The notes under the pieces: generated by a model
The model's input: the letters and a program-made list of their open reading frames with translations, nothing else
Told to the model about the DNA's origin: nothing
The model's database searches: none
Program-made: the position numbers and the translations under genes
Shown: positions 1 through 12,171 of the stretch, in pieces
Numbering within the stretch: the stretch's first letter is position 1
Layout: every line of letters starts with the position of its first letter
DNA from: Diplonema japonicum
Lineage: Eukaryota; Protista; Euglenozoa: Diplonemea
Assembly: GCA_964019335.1 (NCBI GenBank)
Contig: OZ025704.1
Coordinates: forward strand, 450,622 to 514,621
Direction of reading: 5' to 3'
DNA length: 64,000 nucleotides

Positions 1-2424
1 ACAAGACCATCGACACCATTCACCACGACCTTGAGTCTGCGGGAGAATACAAGAGAAACACCGAAGCAAAGATTGTCGCCTTAGAGAGGGAAGCCCAACG
101 TGCCTCGGAGCTTGATGGGAAGTTGCGTACGTACGACGACTTGCTGAATGAACGGGGGAACGAACTCAGGCAGGCACATGCAGAGACAGCACGCGCTGGG
201 ATGGCGGCGAAGGAGCTCAAGCACAGGATTTCTGAAATCGCAGAGCTGGACAGAAGGCTTGACATGGTGATGCGGGAGAGAAGGGAGCTGGAGGACGAGC
301 TCGCGAAGCAGCAAGGTGTCCAGACACAGGTTGAGAACGATAACCACGCACTGCTGAGGCAGCTCGAGGCCAACCAGTTCGCCTTAGAAACAGAGCGCAG
401 CCAGGTGGTGGAACTCGACGAGCTCCTTCGCGAAGCCAAGCAGCAGCTTGCCTTGCGCACGGCAGTGGAGCAACAGTACAAGCAGCTAGAGGGGGAGCTC
501 AACATACGCAACAACGAGCTGGGCAAGGAGAGGGTGGTTGCAGAGAACGAGATATTGCGCGCCAAGCACCTCGAAGCAGAGCTGGATGCAGCCCATGAAA
601 GGCAGCATGCTCTTGACAGCAATTTCGGGAAGCAGGTCGCCGCTGTCGAAATGCTCCAACTAGAAAACGGCAAGCAGTCAGTCTTGCTGCAGGAGAAGGA
701 GAAGGACATCACACGTCTGACAAGAGACGTTGAAGCCAAAGACGCCGAATTGCAGACGCTCAAAGAGTCGGATAGCAAAAAACAGCAGCAGCTTGATGTG
801 CAGGAAGCACGCATCTCCAGCCTCGAAGAGCGTGAGACGCGGAGGACAGAGCTGGTAGAGCAACAGATGAAAGACAATAACAAGCTAAAGGAAGAAAGCA
901 AAGAAACAAATGCTAAGCTAAGCGAAGAAACCCAAAAGGGCACAAAGCTTGAGGCTCAAGTAGTGCAGATGGAAGCCGAAGCAGTGCGATGCAGCACTCT
1001 GGAGGGCAAGGTCGCCGCACTGCAGCAGCTAAACAACGAAAAAGCGCAGGAGATCGACACACTCAACGCACAAATGGCTACTCTGAAAGGGCGGACTGCG
1101 AAGATGGAGAGTGACGTGCAACAAGCAGCACAGCAAGAAGCACGCATCAAAGACCTGAAACAGCAGCTTGTGAGGCAGCTTGAGGACATTGAAAGGCTTG
1201 AAGCCGAGGAGAGCAAGAAAAGCACAGTGCTCAGCGAGGCACGCAAGGAGTTTGAACGCGAAGCTGAGAAACTGAGGAGCAAAGATCGTCAACTCGAGGA
1301 AGAGCGTGCCAAGTCAGCTGCCATCACGGAGAGAGTACAAAGGTTGGAGGCGGCCGCAGCCGCCCGCAGCAGCCTTGAAGGAAAGATCGCAGGGCTGGAG
1401 ATCCTAGCGGAGAGCAAAGAGGCGGAGTTGCGCTCTGTGATCGAAGACAGCAACCATCTAAGGCGCAGAATCAAGGAGCTGGAATCGGAGCTTGGGAACA
1501 GAGCACGCGTGGAGGACGTCATGCAAGAGGCACAGACACAGCTCATGATGAAGAACGACACCATCTCGAGGCTTGAGAAGGAAGAGGAGAAAAGGCGTGG
1601 CCTCGTGGAAGACCAGCACAGAGAGATCATCATTCTAGGCGAGAAGGGAAAGAAGCAGGAGTTCGAGATCCAGAATCTGACGAGCAAGAAGATCGAAGCG
1701 GAGGCGAGGGTGCAGGAGCTCCTCCGCGAGGGAGACATGAAGGTGCGCACAGACGAAGGCGAACTCCGCGAGAGAATGATGGTGAACGAGAGACTGAACG
1801 CGGAATGCAGGGAGCTGAGGGAGCGGACAGTGAACGCGGAGAGGCAAGCGAGGATGAGGGAGCAAAGAGCGGAAGACCTGGATGAGGAAGTGAGGAGGCT
1901 GAGGACGATGTTGCAGCACACTGATGAAGAGAGAGGGGGGCTTGGAGCCGAGATAAACGAACTGAAGCGGCAAATACAGCAGGAGAGGGCTGCGGCAGTG
2001 CAGTCGACGAGCAGGACTGCTGAGCTGGAGTCTGACATGAAAATCCAGAAGGAGAAAGAAGAGCGGCTAGCAAGGTCAATGGGCGAGGACATCAGGGAGG
2101 TCAAGACGAAGTATGAGCAGAAGACAAGAGCATTGGAACAAAGACTTGTGGAGGAGAAAGCCAAGGCAGATGCGGGCGAGAGAGAGGCGGCTAGGCTCCG
2201 CGAGGAACTGACCTTCATGAACACCACTAGAGGCAAGAGCCTGCACGGCAACGACGACGCTGTCAGCCTGCCTAACCGCGCAGACACGGGCACCATGCTC
2301 ATCAGAGAGAAGGCTGACAACCTTGCTTCCGAATGGGAGAGAACGAAAGAGGTATGTACCTAATGCTAGCAACAACCCCCTGCAGTCTGTGTCGCGTCTA
2401 CGAGAGCAGTTGAAACATGGGTGA
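1..2424 (+). CDS. Long coiled-coil protein, 5'-partial; intron 2352-2385, last exon SVSRLREQLKHG*
   Basis: Frame open from the window start. E/K/Q/L heptad-rich. A 34-nt GTATGT...TGCAG intron removes the stop at 2361 and continues the coiled coil. Confidence 0.8.
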
Positions 2425-2753
2425 TACCTCATTCCTTTTAGATTTCCCAGTTGTGTGTTACCCACTAGATCTCTACAGGGCCCTCCCTGCAATCCCCCCT
2501 TTTTTTACGGCGCGTACAAATAACGGCCAGTTCCTCTTTTTTTATAGCTTTTTGTCAATCCTGTTAGATGCGCTACATCCTTTCTTCCTTCCCACCTTTT
2601 TCTTTTATTAAACATTATTTTAGATAGACATTGCAATATTAGAAGAAACTTAAAAAAATCGTTTCCCCAATACATTTCCCATTCCCCTGCATTTTCTCGT
2701 GCTTTTCTTTTTTCTCTTTTTTCCAATCTATTTCTCAGTTCACACAGCGAGCC

Positions 2754-3575
2754 ATGGCCGCGGTCCCCGCGGATAAAGGGCTGTTTGTGTTCGGGCTGGG
2801 GCACATCGGGAAGGAGGTAGCAGTGCAGGCATCAAGAGAAGGATGGAGGGTAACAGGTACGATCCGGAAAGGAGAGGAGAAAATGAAAGGAGTGAAGTGC
2901 GTGGAGTATGGAATGAATGATGTGGGGAAAGAGATGGAAAGGTGCAGCCATGTGCTGGTGACGATACCACCTGTGAAGGGGGGGGACATCGTGCTCAAGA
3001 ATTACGTGAAATCGCTACGGGGAAAGAAATGGGTTGGGTACGCGAGCAGTGCGAGTGTCTATGGGCAGACAGATGGTCGCCTCGTCTCCGAGACAGACGC
3101 CAAGCCGAAGTCTGAGAAGGGAGCTGTGCGTGTTGCGGTGGAAGCAGCATGGAAAAGCAAGGTGTCTCCCGTGCAGATCTTCCGTCTTGCAGGGCTGTAC
3201 GGACCGTCACGTTCCATCATAGACAGGCTGCGTTCAAGGACAGCCCGGTATGTCGAAGGCGGTGAGTACATCAACAGAGTGCATCATGCAGACGCTGCCT
3301 CGGCGATCCTGCTCTCCATGAACCGTGCCCCCTTCACGAGCAACACCTACAACATAGCCGACGATTGTCCTTGCGACCAAGGAGCTGTTGTTCGCTATGC
3401 CGCGTCCCTCCTTAACATGCCCCCTCCCCCTCCTACCCCCCTCTCCGGCCTCCCTTCACGCCTCCTCGCGCTCCATTCCACCTCGAAACGCCTCGATACT
3501 TCCCGTGCAAAGTCCCACCTTGGCTGGCGTCCCCGCTTTTCCAGCTACAAGACAGGGCTCCCTTCGTGTCTTTGA
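2754..3575 (+). CDS. NAD(P)-dependent epimerase / atypical SDR (YeeZ-like)
   Basis: FVFGLGHIG Rossmann motif, YASSASVYG, FRLAGLYGP, NRVHHADAA, YNIADD, LGWRPRFSSY. Preceded by a pyrimidine tract and CACAG acceptor. Confidence 0.9.
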   Translation: MAAVPADKGLFVFGLGHIGKEVAVQASREGWRVTGTIRKGEEKMKGVKCVEYGMNDVGKEMERCSHVLVTIPPVKGGDIVLKNYVKSLRGKKWVGYASSASVYGQTDGRLVSETDAKPKSEKGAVRVAVEAAWKSKVSPVQIFRLAGLYGPSRSIIDRLRSRTARYVEGGEYINRVHHADAASAILLSMNRAPFTSNTYNIADDCPCDQGAVVRYAASLLNMPPPPPTPLSGLPSRLLALHSTSKRLDTSRAKSHLGWRPRFSSYKTGLPSCL

Positions 3576-3638
3576 ATGTCTTGTTTTTTTTTTGTAAGCG
3601 GTTTCTTCAGTTTTCATGCTACCCCCAGGTTATGAACG

Positions 3639-4961
3639 ATGCGAGTAACCCGGACATGCTTGAATAAGGTTTCGATATCCCACCCGGGCTCAAGCGGGAG
3701 GAGGAAGGGGCTCAAGACTGAGATTGATGGAAACAACGAGACGAGCATGGTGTTCAAGAAGGGCTCATTCGACATGAGCCAAGGGGGGATCAGGAACGTG
3801 ATGGCGACGGAAGAGGAGCTGGAGCGCCTCATGGAAGGATCGGAGAAGGAGTCCATCAACTTCGAAAAGCACGCGCAGAAGGTGTTGTCAACGTTTAAGA
3901 GCGCGACCCAAAGGGACTGGGAGATTACGATGGATCTGCTGCTGGAGCGTGACACATACAACAAGGACTTCATCGCAGAATGGGAGAAGCGAGGTACTCA
4001 CAAAAGCATATTAAACAACACAACAGAGCCGAGCAAGGTGCGCGCATTTGCCGCACTTCATACTGTGCTTTTCATCATGGCTGACATCTACTTTGTCAAC
4101 CCGGTATGCGACAACCAGTGTTTTGTGCAATCCATCATATAGAACCGCCGCCACTTAGCCACGCCAGCCGTAATTGCCGCCTCCTCGAGACTCGAAGAGA
4201 AGACCCTGAAGGCTGGATGGTGGCAGGAATCTTTCAGAAAATTGCTTCTTCAGAACCAGGTTGAGGACGTGCCGTACCTACGTGCCATCATGGACGCCGT
4301 TATGAACATGAAGGTGAACAGGTTCCACATTCGAAACATGGTGAATAGCTACACCAAGATCTGCACGGTGAGGTACTTTAAGGACACGAGCGAGATGTTG
4401 AAAGTTTTCCAGAACATATGGGGCAGCTACTTCCTAGCGTTGTCCGAGGTGCTAGAGATGCCCACTGACCCGCGTACGATAGATGCATGCAATCACATGG
4501 GAAAGGCGTACGCACTGCTCACGGCCATCAAGTCCCTGATGCACGCAAAGGTGACACGCAGCGTGATGGTGCCCATAGACCTCATAGAGGCGTGCAACTG
4601 CGATGTAGAACACTTCTACGTCGGAAAGAACACGAAAGGCACGCGAACAGTTATCTACAAGCTCTTGGAGCTGATGCTCGAGGAGGTAAACAAGTGCATT
4701 GAAAACACAAACCACATGGCGCGACACCATTGCTTCCTGCTCCTCTACCGCTACAACGTATGCACTAGGCAAAAAGGAAAAAAAAAACCCCCCTCCACAC
4801 CAAAACAGGCCGAAGTCGAAGCGTGGATGAAACTGTGCCACCACTTCAAATACGACATGCTGCCACAAGACGAGGCACAAGCGTACATAATAGGCCTCCG
4901 ATGGGAGCACTGGAGACGGAGGGAGATTATAAGGAGGAGAATAAGGTTCCGATCATTGTAA
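3639..4961 (+). CDS. Squalene/phytoene-synthase-fold protein, NDUFAF6-like complex I assembly factor; introns 4104-4142 and 4758-4808
   Basis: The two ORFs join in frame through a 39-nt GTATG...TAG intron. Motifs KAGWWQESF, ACNHMGKAYAL and VMVPIDLI resemble NDUFAF6. Basic N-terminus resembles a presequence. Confidence 0.65.
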
Positions 4962-5049
4962 GTGTTGACACCCCGTTTTTTTTTTTCTCGCTCTTTTTTC
5001 TGTAAACGCTGGGGGGGGTTTTTTTCGTTTACTCCATTACGCAGGGAAG

Positions 5050-6248
5050 ATGGGGGGCACGTCGACGGCGGTAAAGGACATCGCGATCATCAATGGGGCG
5101 CTGAGCGCATGCGGGGGGTTGGCCGTCATACTGTCGTCGGTAATGATACCGCAACTGAGGAAACAGCTCTCCCGGGGAAGAATGCTGCTTCTGATGCTGA
5201 GCTTCTGCGACATGTGCCAAGGGATCCAGTTCATGCTGACAGGATCGTACAGCACAGAAACAGGAAGCGCATCGTGCGTCATCTTCGGGAGCCTCGGCAT
5301 CATCGCATCGGTGTCGTCCTTCATTGCGACGGCATGGGTGAGCTGGTGGGTGCACCATACTATTAAACACCCAGAGCTTCCCACGCCTATCCTCATGCCT
5401 TTCATCACCACCATCAGCTACCCTTTAGTCACCTTGACAGGTCTCTTCATCTATGCTGCTGTGCACTGGCACGGAGACGGCATTGGTTGGCGGCAGGTGT
5501 TCGAAGAGACGCAAGACTTCCCTTGGTGCTTCATCGCAGACCATCCTACCACAGATATGTTTATCTGGCGGATCATTGTGGAGTACATCCCCCTCATCGC
5601 GTCCATGATCGTGACCGCCATCTACTACATCACCTCTATTAGGCACATTAAGAAACAAGCCGCGCTGCAGTGCATTCGGGAGTCCCCCGAGATTATCGCT
5701 CTGGAGAGGAAGTTCCTGATCATCATTGTGGCGTACATCATCATCAGGCTGCCGGGGGTCATCGCGAGGCTTTACAACATGGGGTCGTCTTCGGACCATG
5801 TTGCGGGCTTTCTGCAGATCATGACTGTGCTTGGTGACCCTTCTCAAGGGCTTGTCAATGGTGTCGTCTTCACTCTGGGGACAAGGGTGGTTCGTGACAA
5901 GCTGTTCTCCATATGCTTCTATACTTCTAAAAATTCTGAAGAACCCGACACGCCGCAGGGCGGCCCGCTGAACCACAGGGGTGGGGAGATAAACGAGCAG
6001 CCTGCACGGTCCCCTAGGGAGAGACCTAAATCGCTTGTTCTCACCGGGCAAAACAAGGTTCTAGGTATGTTGTATGTTAACACAGTTCACCATCTCCAGT
6101 GCAACCTATTTCTGATCGCCTGTCCCCGTCTCTCGCAGAGAGCGCCCCCCTCCTCAGCACCTCTGTCAAAAGGGAACCCACTCCTGCCAATCTCTCACAT
6201 ACCTTTGCAGAGAGCGCTCCTTTGCTGGGCCAATCGGGAAAGAAGTGA
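5050..6248 (+). CDS. Seven-TM receptor of the cAMP-receptor (CAR/GCR1-like) family; intron 6065-6099
   Basis: Seven hydrophobic segments, LLLMLSFCD, C in the TM3 loop, FPWCFI, YIIIRLPG, DPSQGLVNGVVF. A 35-nt intron gives a C-tail with repeated ESAPLL ending at TGA 6246-6248. Confidence 0.75.
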
Positions 6249-6411
6249 CGAGCTCCCTCATGAAAAGGCTTGGAAGACCTTCCCCTTATTCTTTTTTTTT
6301 TTTTTTTTAGTTGGTAAGTTTTGAGAGGAATCGTTATTTGTACAAAAGGAGTAGAGGCAGCTTGTCCGTTTATCCCTACTGTAGGTGGAAAGGTTTGCAC
6401 ATATCAGACGA

Positions 6412-6462
<51 letters not shown>

Positions 6463-7450
6463 CAATGCGAGCTTAGGTAGCAAGCTCCTTCCTTTTCGTG
6501 CTCATTATTCCAGAATGGAAAGGTGGTTTCCACCTCTGTTTTTTTTTATTTTTGTTTTTTCTCTAATTAGAGCAGGGCCACCAGGTTCTCTTGTTCTAAC
6601 GAAGAAAGGGGGGGGGGGGGGGGGGGGGACAAGAAGGAGAGAAGAAAAGAAAAATGTTATAAAATGGAGAAATGTATCGAAAAGAAAGAGAAAAGAAGAA
6701 AAGAAAACGTTCTTTGTTCAATACAAAGAATGGCGGGTTTCGTAGAATTTTGTGGTTGTTTTCCCCCCTTTTTTTCTCTGTATTTTGCACCTTGCTGCTA
6801 ACAAGCAACTGCGACCTTACCTTGATCTTGCTCATTCAAGTAGCTTGCAGGCGCTGAGCGCTTAATTCACGGTCACATTGGAGAGGATAAGAGCCGTTTG
6901 AAGCAGGGAAAGAAAAGGGCCCGAGGGGAAAGAAGAATGGAGTGAAATGAGAAACATGCATCCCTTTATTTCGCAGTACCTGCACACCCTTTTTTTGGTT
7001 GCAACATCTCTTCCTATCATAGTGGCCCTTCCTTCCCCTCCTTTGCTCGATAAGGTTTTTTTTTTCTTCTTTTTTTTTTGCTATCGTAATATCTTGTGTT
7101 TTTCCCCCCTTCCTCTGTTTTTCTGGCAGGCATTTCGGCAAAAGACCGATGGTGATTTTCTTATTATCTAAAGCATTTGCAGCGGCCTGACCCGTAGGAA
7201 TAGGGAGGGGAAAAAGAGAAAAAGCAAAATAATTTCCTCCGATTGTTTTATTGATCGGTGCGTCCCCACCCCCCCTTCCCCCTTTGTGCAATGGCCACCT
7301 TGGGATAGTACTTTAAAAAAAAAAAATTGAAAAAAAAAGAAAAAAAGAAACGTTTTATTATTATTTTTTTTTTTTTATTACTTTCCCCGCTTTATGTGAA
7401 ACCAGAAAAACGTACAACAAAACAAGGCCGGATTTAAAAAAAAAAAAAAG

Positions 7451-8486
7451 ATGGCACAAGTCATGTTCAAGAGAGTGTGCCTAGGGGCAGGAGCCTACTC
7501 GCTATGGTCGGGTTTTGGTGCAGTTGTGTATGAAATAAAGCTCCCCCCCTTTTTTTTTTTACAAAAGAAAAAAAAACCCCCCTCCCACAGGTCACAGTAT
7601 CAAGAAGAAGAGCGTGTGGGGATAAAACGTATAAAACTGTTAAAAGAGATCAACGACCTAAAGGCAACAATCGAAGAGGAAGGGGAAACAGGACGACGCC
7701 TTATCGAGGGCCTGCACGAGGAATTGGAGTGCATCGGGGAGATGAACGAAGGCGTGCACAACCTATGGAAGGAGCGTGCGAGGCGGTGGAGCGACGTCAA
7801 GGAGTTCGACGACATGATGAACGTGATGCCATGGGTGTTCTGGCACTGGAAGCGGTTGGAGAAGTGGTACGAGGTAGTAGCAAGCCGTCTCGAGAATCAC
7901 GAAGACTTCAAGCAATACGAGTACACCAGCATGCATCTCAACGACATGCGCATGGCACACGTTCTTGACGCCTACGACACAGAGGTGAAGCTCCCACAGA
8001 CGGCCTCTACCATCGGCCTCGCTAGGCAAGCTTCCAACAACGACCCTTTCTTGTTTGTTCTTGAAGCGTCTCTCAAAAACACCAGCCGCCCTTCCCTCCA
8101 AGACTTCAGCGTGCAGAAGCAAACCCTTGCATCCATCATCGCGGCACTTCCTGCCACCGACACCTTCAAGCCACTCTACGCAGAAGCGTCCTCAGCTATC
8201 GCACGACACCCCATGGCAGAGTACACAGTTGAGGAGTTGGGCAGCAAGCTCAACATGGTTGGTGAGGTGTTGCAGCATGCTGAAAGGGAAGCCACTTCAG
8301 AGGACCTCCAGCGGGCCATCAAGCTGACCGACGAGCTCAAGGCTGGCATCATCGACTACCGAATATTAATTCAGGTATTTTTTTTTTCCTCTCAAGATTT
8401 AGAAAAATATAAACCCATTGCAGGCACACAATCTGTACGAGGCGTACATGACTACCCTGCTGCTGTCCTTGTCGCCTGCAAAGTAG
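7451..8486 (+). CDS. Probable mitochondrial coiled-coil protein, possibly with a cryptic mitofilin domain (Mic60/Mic34-like); introns 7528-7590 and 8375-8423
   Basis: N-terminal hydrophobic segment, then coiled coil. Spliced C-terminus IIDYRILIQAHNLYEAYMTTLL resembles the mitofilin C-terminal helix. Gene model is solid, family call is tentative. Confidence 0.45.
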
Positions 8487-8597
8487 GGCCTTTTTATTTT
8501 GATAGTTTTCTTTTTCTTTTTTCGGGTGCTTCGTTATCCCCTCTTTTTTATTTATTTATTATTGACCTATGCTTCTTTTTTTTTCTTCTTGTTTTTT

Positions 8598-8840
8598 CGA
8601 TCCATCGGGAGGACAAAGGCGGTGGAACAGGAGGGCGATATTTGCATCACCGAGGACCAAGCATGACCTAGAGGCGTTGAAAGGACAATGGACAAGAGAA
8701 CGAAGAGAAAGAGCGGCCAGGCTGGGAGAAGGCCGGCAAGACCACCAAAGGAGGAGAAACCGCTGCTGAAAGGGGATAGGTGCAGGTAGAAGATGAGAAC
8801 AAGGGGGCGTCTCACAAAGACTTCCTTTAACTCATATATA
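8598..8840 (+). mobile_element. 5'-truncated non-LTR retrotransposon 3' end (longest of three copies)
   Basis: Ends in GAGAACAAGGGGGCGTCTCACAAAGACTTCCTTTAACTCATATATA, shared with 10855 and 50564. Purine-rich residual frame GQRRWNRRAIF resembles the L1/Tx1 ORF2 C-terminal WxxRNxxIF motif. Confidence 0.6.
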
Positions 8841-9043
8841 TCTTCTTTCTTTGCGCAGTTCAAGCGCGTAAAAAAAAGAGAAAAAAATGTTTCCGAGCTG
8901 AACAGAGGAATCACCTTCTCAAAACTAAGAATTACGATACTTCTTCTTTTTTTTTTTTGTTTCTGTTTTTTGTTTCGTGCTCCTTCTCACCGACAACACC
9001 ACAGGAGCCAAGATATGCAGACGCGCGAAGGGAATAGATACGA

Positions 9044-10510
9044 ATGAGCCCCTTGCACCATGTTTCAGTCAAGAGACGGTTGCTGCTGCTGAGCATCAGT
9101 TTGATCATCACGATCGTGTACTTGTTCATCTGCGGTGGTGTGATGATGATGTTGGAGAAGTCGAACGAAGAAGACATCATCGAAGAGCTTGCAGAGGAGA
9201 TAGCGAAGGTGAGTCTGAGCAACAGCACCATATCGCATCTTGAGGAGCTTGGGGTGTGCCACTTCCCTCGCGACGCGCAGTGGACGTTCTCTGGGTCTGT
9301 GTTCTACGTGCTGACAGTGATCACAACGATAGGCTACGGCTCGCACACCCCGAGAACCTTCAACGGGAAGTCCTTTACTGTAGTCTTCGCCATCTTCGGC
9401 ATTGCGCTCATAGGCAACATCCTAACAAACTGCGCTGTTCTCCTAGTGGGCATCATCCAAGGCATCCTGCAACGCGTACGCAAGAAAGAAGTCGAAAAGC
9501 GCAAGCGATCGTCCCACGAAGAACAGCAAGTGTGGGACGCAGCTTTCAGCGCCTTCGAGTCACGATTTCATGAGAACGGCTGCCTGCCGAGCGAGTCCCT
9601 GAAGGACGTGATGGAGCTTGCGACGAACTCCCCTCTGGATGAGGACCAAGAGGAGTTCTTACTGTCAAACGTCGACAGCTTGAACTCTGGGTACGTTACA
9701 AGAGGCGGCGTTGCGAGGGCCCTCGTTTTGTGGTACGAGACTCAGGACCAGCTCCCCGAAGGCGTGTCGCGTCTGAAGTTCTTCATCTACATCATGGTGG
9801 CCTTTGTGTGGATCATCACATGGGCATGCGGCTTCTCGTACGTCGAGAGCTGGGAGATCCGGGACGGGATGTGGTTCTGCTTCGTGACGATGACGACGAT
9901 CGGGTTCGGGGACTTCGTGCCCACATCCAACACAGGGCGCATCATGTCGTTTGTCTTCGTGGTGCCCGGGCTGGGGATAGGGGCCACCGCCTTGTCGTCG
10001 CTGTGGAAAGCATTCGACTTCTCAAGGTTCTGGTGGCTGCAGAAGGCGTACACTAAGGGGAAGGTCTCGAAGAAACTATTGGAGGTGCATGGGATCCTGC
10101 TGCCGATTAGCACCAAAAACAAAGTCCGGAAGGTAAAGAAAAAGTACAGGACGAGGCTTCGTGACTACGTCGCCGACAGCAGCGAGGAGGGAACACCTGT
10201 CAACATACGGAAGAACGGAGAGGCGGAGGAGGGCAACAGCCTTGACACTGGCACAGGTGAAAGTTCACCCCTCAATGGGTTTGGCGTCAATGGGCTCTCG
10301 CATCCGTTGTTAGCTAGCTTGACGACAGTGATCCCAGACAGCCCTATATCCCCTAGCCACTCCCACCCGGAGGCTATACCCTACTCGAAAGATTCTCTCA
10401 TGCTCTCAACGCCTGCCCTGCAGCCCAGCTCATTGCTTCCAGCACTGCCTGTTAGGAGTATTGCCGGTTCGATGCCTGCTCGCACCCAGCAGCAGCAAGT
10501 GTTTCTTTAG
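9044..10510 (+). CDS. Two-pore-domain (K2P/TPK-like) potassium channel
   Basis: Two pore loops, TVITTIGYG and TMTTIGFGDF, each flanked by TM helices. Confidence 0.92.
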   Translation: MSPLHHVSVKRRLLLLSISLIITIVYLFICGGVMMMLEKSNEEDIIEELAEEIAKVSLSNSTISHLEELGVCHFPRDAQWTFSGSVFYVLTVITTIGYGSHTPRTFNGKSFTVVFAIFGIALIGNILTNCAVLLVGIIQGILQRVRKKEVEKRKRSSHEEQQVWDAAFSAFESRFHENGCLPSESLKDVMELATNSPLDEDQEEFLLSNVDSLNSGYVTRGGVARALVLWYETQDQLPEGVSRLKFFIYIMVAFVWIITWACGFSYVESWEIRDGMWFCFVTMTTIGFGDFVPTSNTGRIMSFVFVVPGLGIGATALSSLWKAFDFSRFWWLQKAYTKGKVSKKLLEVHGILLPISTKNKVRKVKKKYRTRLRDYVADSSEEGTPVNIRKNGEAEEGNSLDTGTGESSPLNGFGVNGLSHPLLASLTTVIPDSPISPSHSHPEAIPYSKDSLMLSTPALQPSSLLPALPVRSIAGSMPARTQQQQVFL

Positions 10511-10854
10511 TCCATTGCACCGAAACAATAAGATAAGAAATAAAAAAAAAGAGAGAAAGGAGGACATCAGGAGAGATAGAGTTATGGTAACGAACGGGGG
10601 GTAGGGGGGGTTTAAGGGGAGGCATTTGTTTTCCCCCAATACAGCATTGACCATGTCTCCCTCCTCCCCCCCCATTCTCCCCCTGTGGAAAGAAAAAAGA
10701 AAACACTGCTTTTCTGGTCGTTTTGTTATCACTCTCTCGTGATTTTTTTTTTTAGAAGAAAGGAAAAGTGTACAGTGAACACCCAATCTGCGTGTCTAGC
10801 TGCTTTGTGAAAACACTTACTTACTGCTTATGCTTTACCCTTTCTTTTTTTAAA

Positions 10855-10899
10855 GAGAACAAGGGGGCGTCTCACAAAGACTTCCTTTATCTCATATAT
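10855..10899 (+). mobile_element. Short copy of the same LINE 3'-end repeat
   Basis: About 45-nt near-identical match to 8796-8840. Confidence 0.6.
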
Positions 10900-12171
10900 T
10901 TTTTCTTTCTTTCTTTTTTTTTTTTTTTTTTTTTTTTTTTTGTTTGGCTCTCGGTTTGTTTTATTCGATTTGCCCCTTACTTGGTACAAAATCTCCCTAT
11001 GTTTCCCCTCCCACCTCCCCTTGAAAAGAACGCTTAAAAAGGAAAAAAACGAAAATTCAAATTTAAAAAAAAGAAGAAGAAAGAGAGAAAACAACAGCTC
11101 AAGGTTATTTTTTTTTTTTCAAGTTTTGCTTTTGATAAATCACCGTTTGCCTTATAGATAGGTGTTGCGACATCTTGGGAGTTGCAAAGGGTGGAAAAAA
11201 AAAAAAGCTTTTACCCCCTGTTTTTTGTTGTTTTCTCTTTTTTTTTCTTTTTTTTGTTTCAGAAAGAAATAAAAAAGACAGAAAGGAACTGGAAAGCTTT
11301 AGGCACTCCGTCATAGTGATAGAATGGCGAAGCAGTATTTCTTTTTTTTTTTGGCCAAGACTTGTCTAAACAAAAGGGGACCGTGACAACCCTTGGCCTT
11401 TCCCAGCACGTAGAAGCAACGGCCAGTTCCTCTTTTGATTTTGCCATGTCGCTATTAACATTCACGAAAACGGGTCCTAAGAATATAAATTCTATTTTTT
11501 TTGTTAAGAAGATGAAGCTTTATAGATACGGGTGAAGAAACAAAAAAAGAAAGAAAAGGATGGGGAAAAAAAAAGAAGAAATTCTTCCCCCCCCCCCCCC
11601 CCCTTCCACTAAATATAATTTATAAGAAAATTCTTTTTTTTTCCCATCCCGGTGCTCACGAAAGCACAACCAACAAGAAATGTCTTTAAACCCGAGAGGG
11701 TAGTAAAAAGAAGAAGAAAAAGGAAGATCAACTGCTTTTTTGTTCCATGAAGAGCTTATTTTTTCCCCTTCTTTTATTTGCTCTCTTCCCCCCCCCCCCC
11801 CCCCCCCTCTGGAGTCTTCTTTGTTGTAATTCTTACACTCCAGTTCATTTTCTTTTTTGTTTTTAGTTCCTTTTCCTTTGGTCGGCCAGGGGCCCCTTCT
11901 AGTAGTCCTTGGCTCGCAGCTACTGCTGGCCGGGATACCATTAGTATGTAGTGGCACAGGATCTTCTTTTAGCATTCTGCCTCTATTTCTTTTCTTCTGC
12001 GTCTTTTGGTGGGTCGGTTGTTAGCACTTCTCGATCATTGTGAAATTTGTTAAGCTGTTTCAGGTCTGTTCTGTCCTTGCACTGCTATGCAGCCAATAGT
12101 TGTGCGCCCGTAGTAGTGTTTCTCTTCATTATTGCTTCTTCTTTTCTTCCATTCATATCATCAGGTTTAAC

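Noticed and set aside
20-2320. Long minus-strand S/L/C-rich ORFs (also opposite other coiled-coil genes)
   Set aside because: Typical antisense shadows of E/K/Q-rich genes. All recognisable proteins are on +.
6250-7450. Short ORFs in homopolymer-rich spacers (also 10.5-12.1, 22.1-23.8 and 57.3-58.6 kb)
   Set aside because: Poly-F/poly-K translations of T/A runs. Most likely UTR or intergenic sequence.
11880-11940. CGGCCAG...CTGGCCG hairpin as a single-hairpin H/ACA (AGA-box) snoRNA
   Set aside because: No correctly placed AGA/ACA box and no identifiable rRNA guide.
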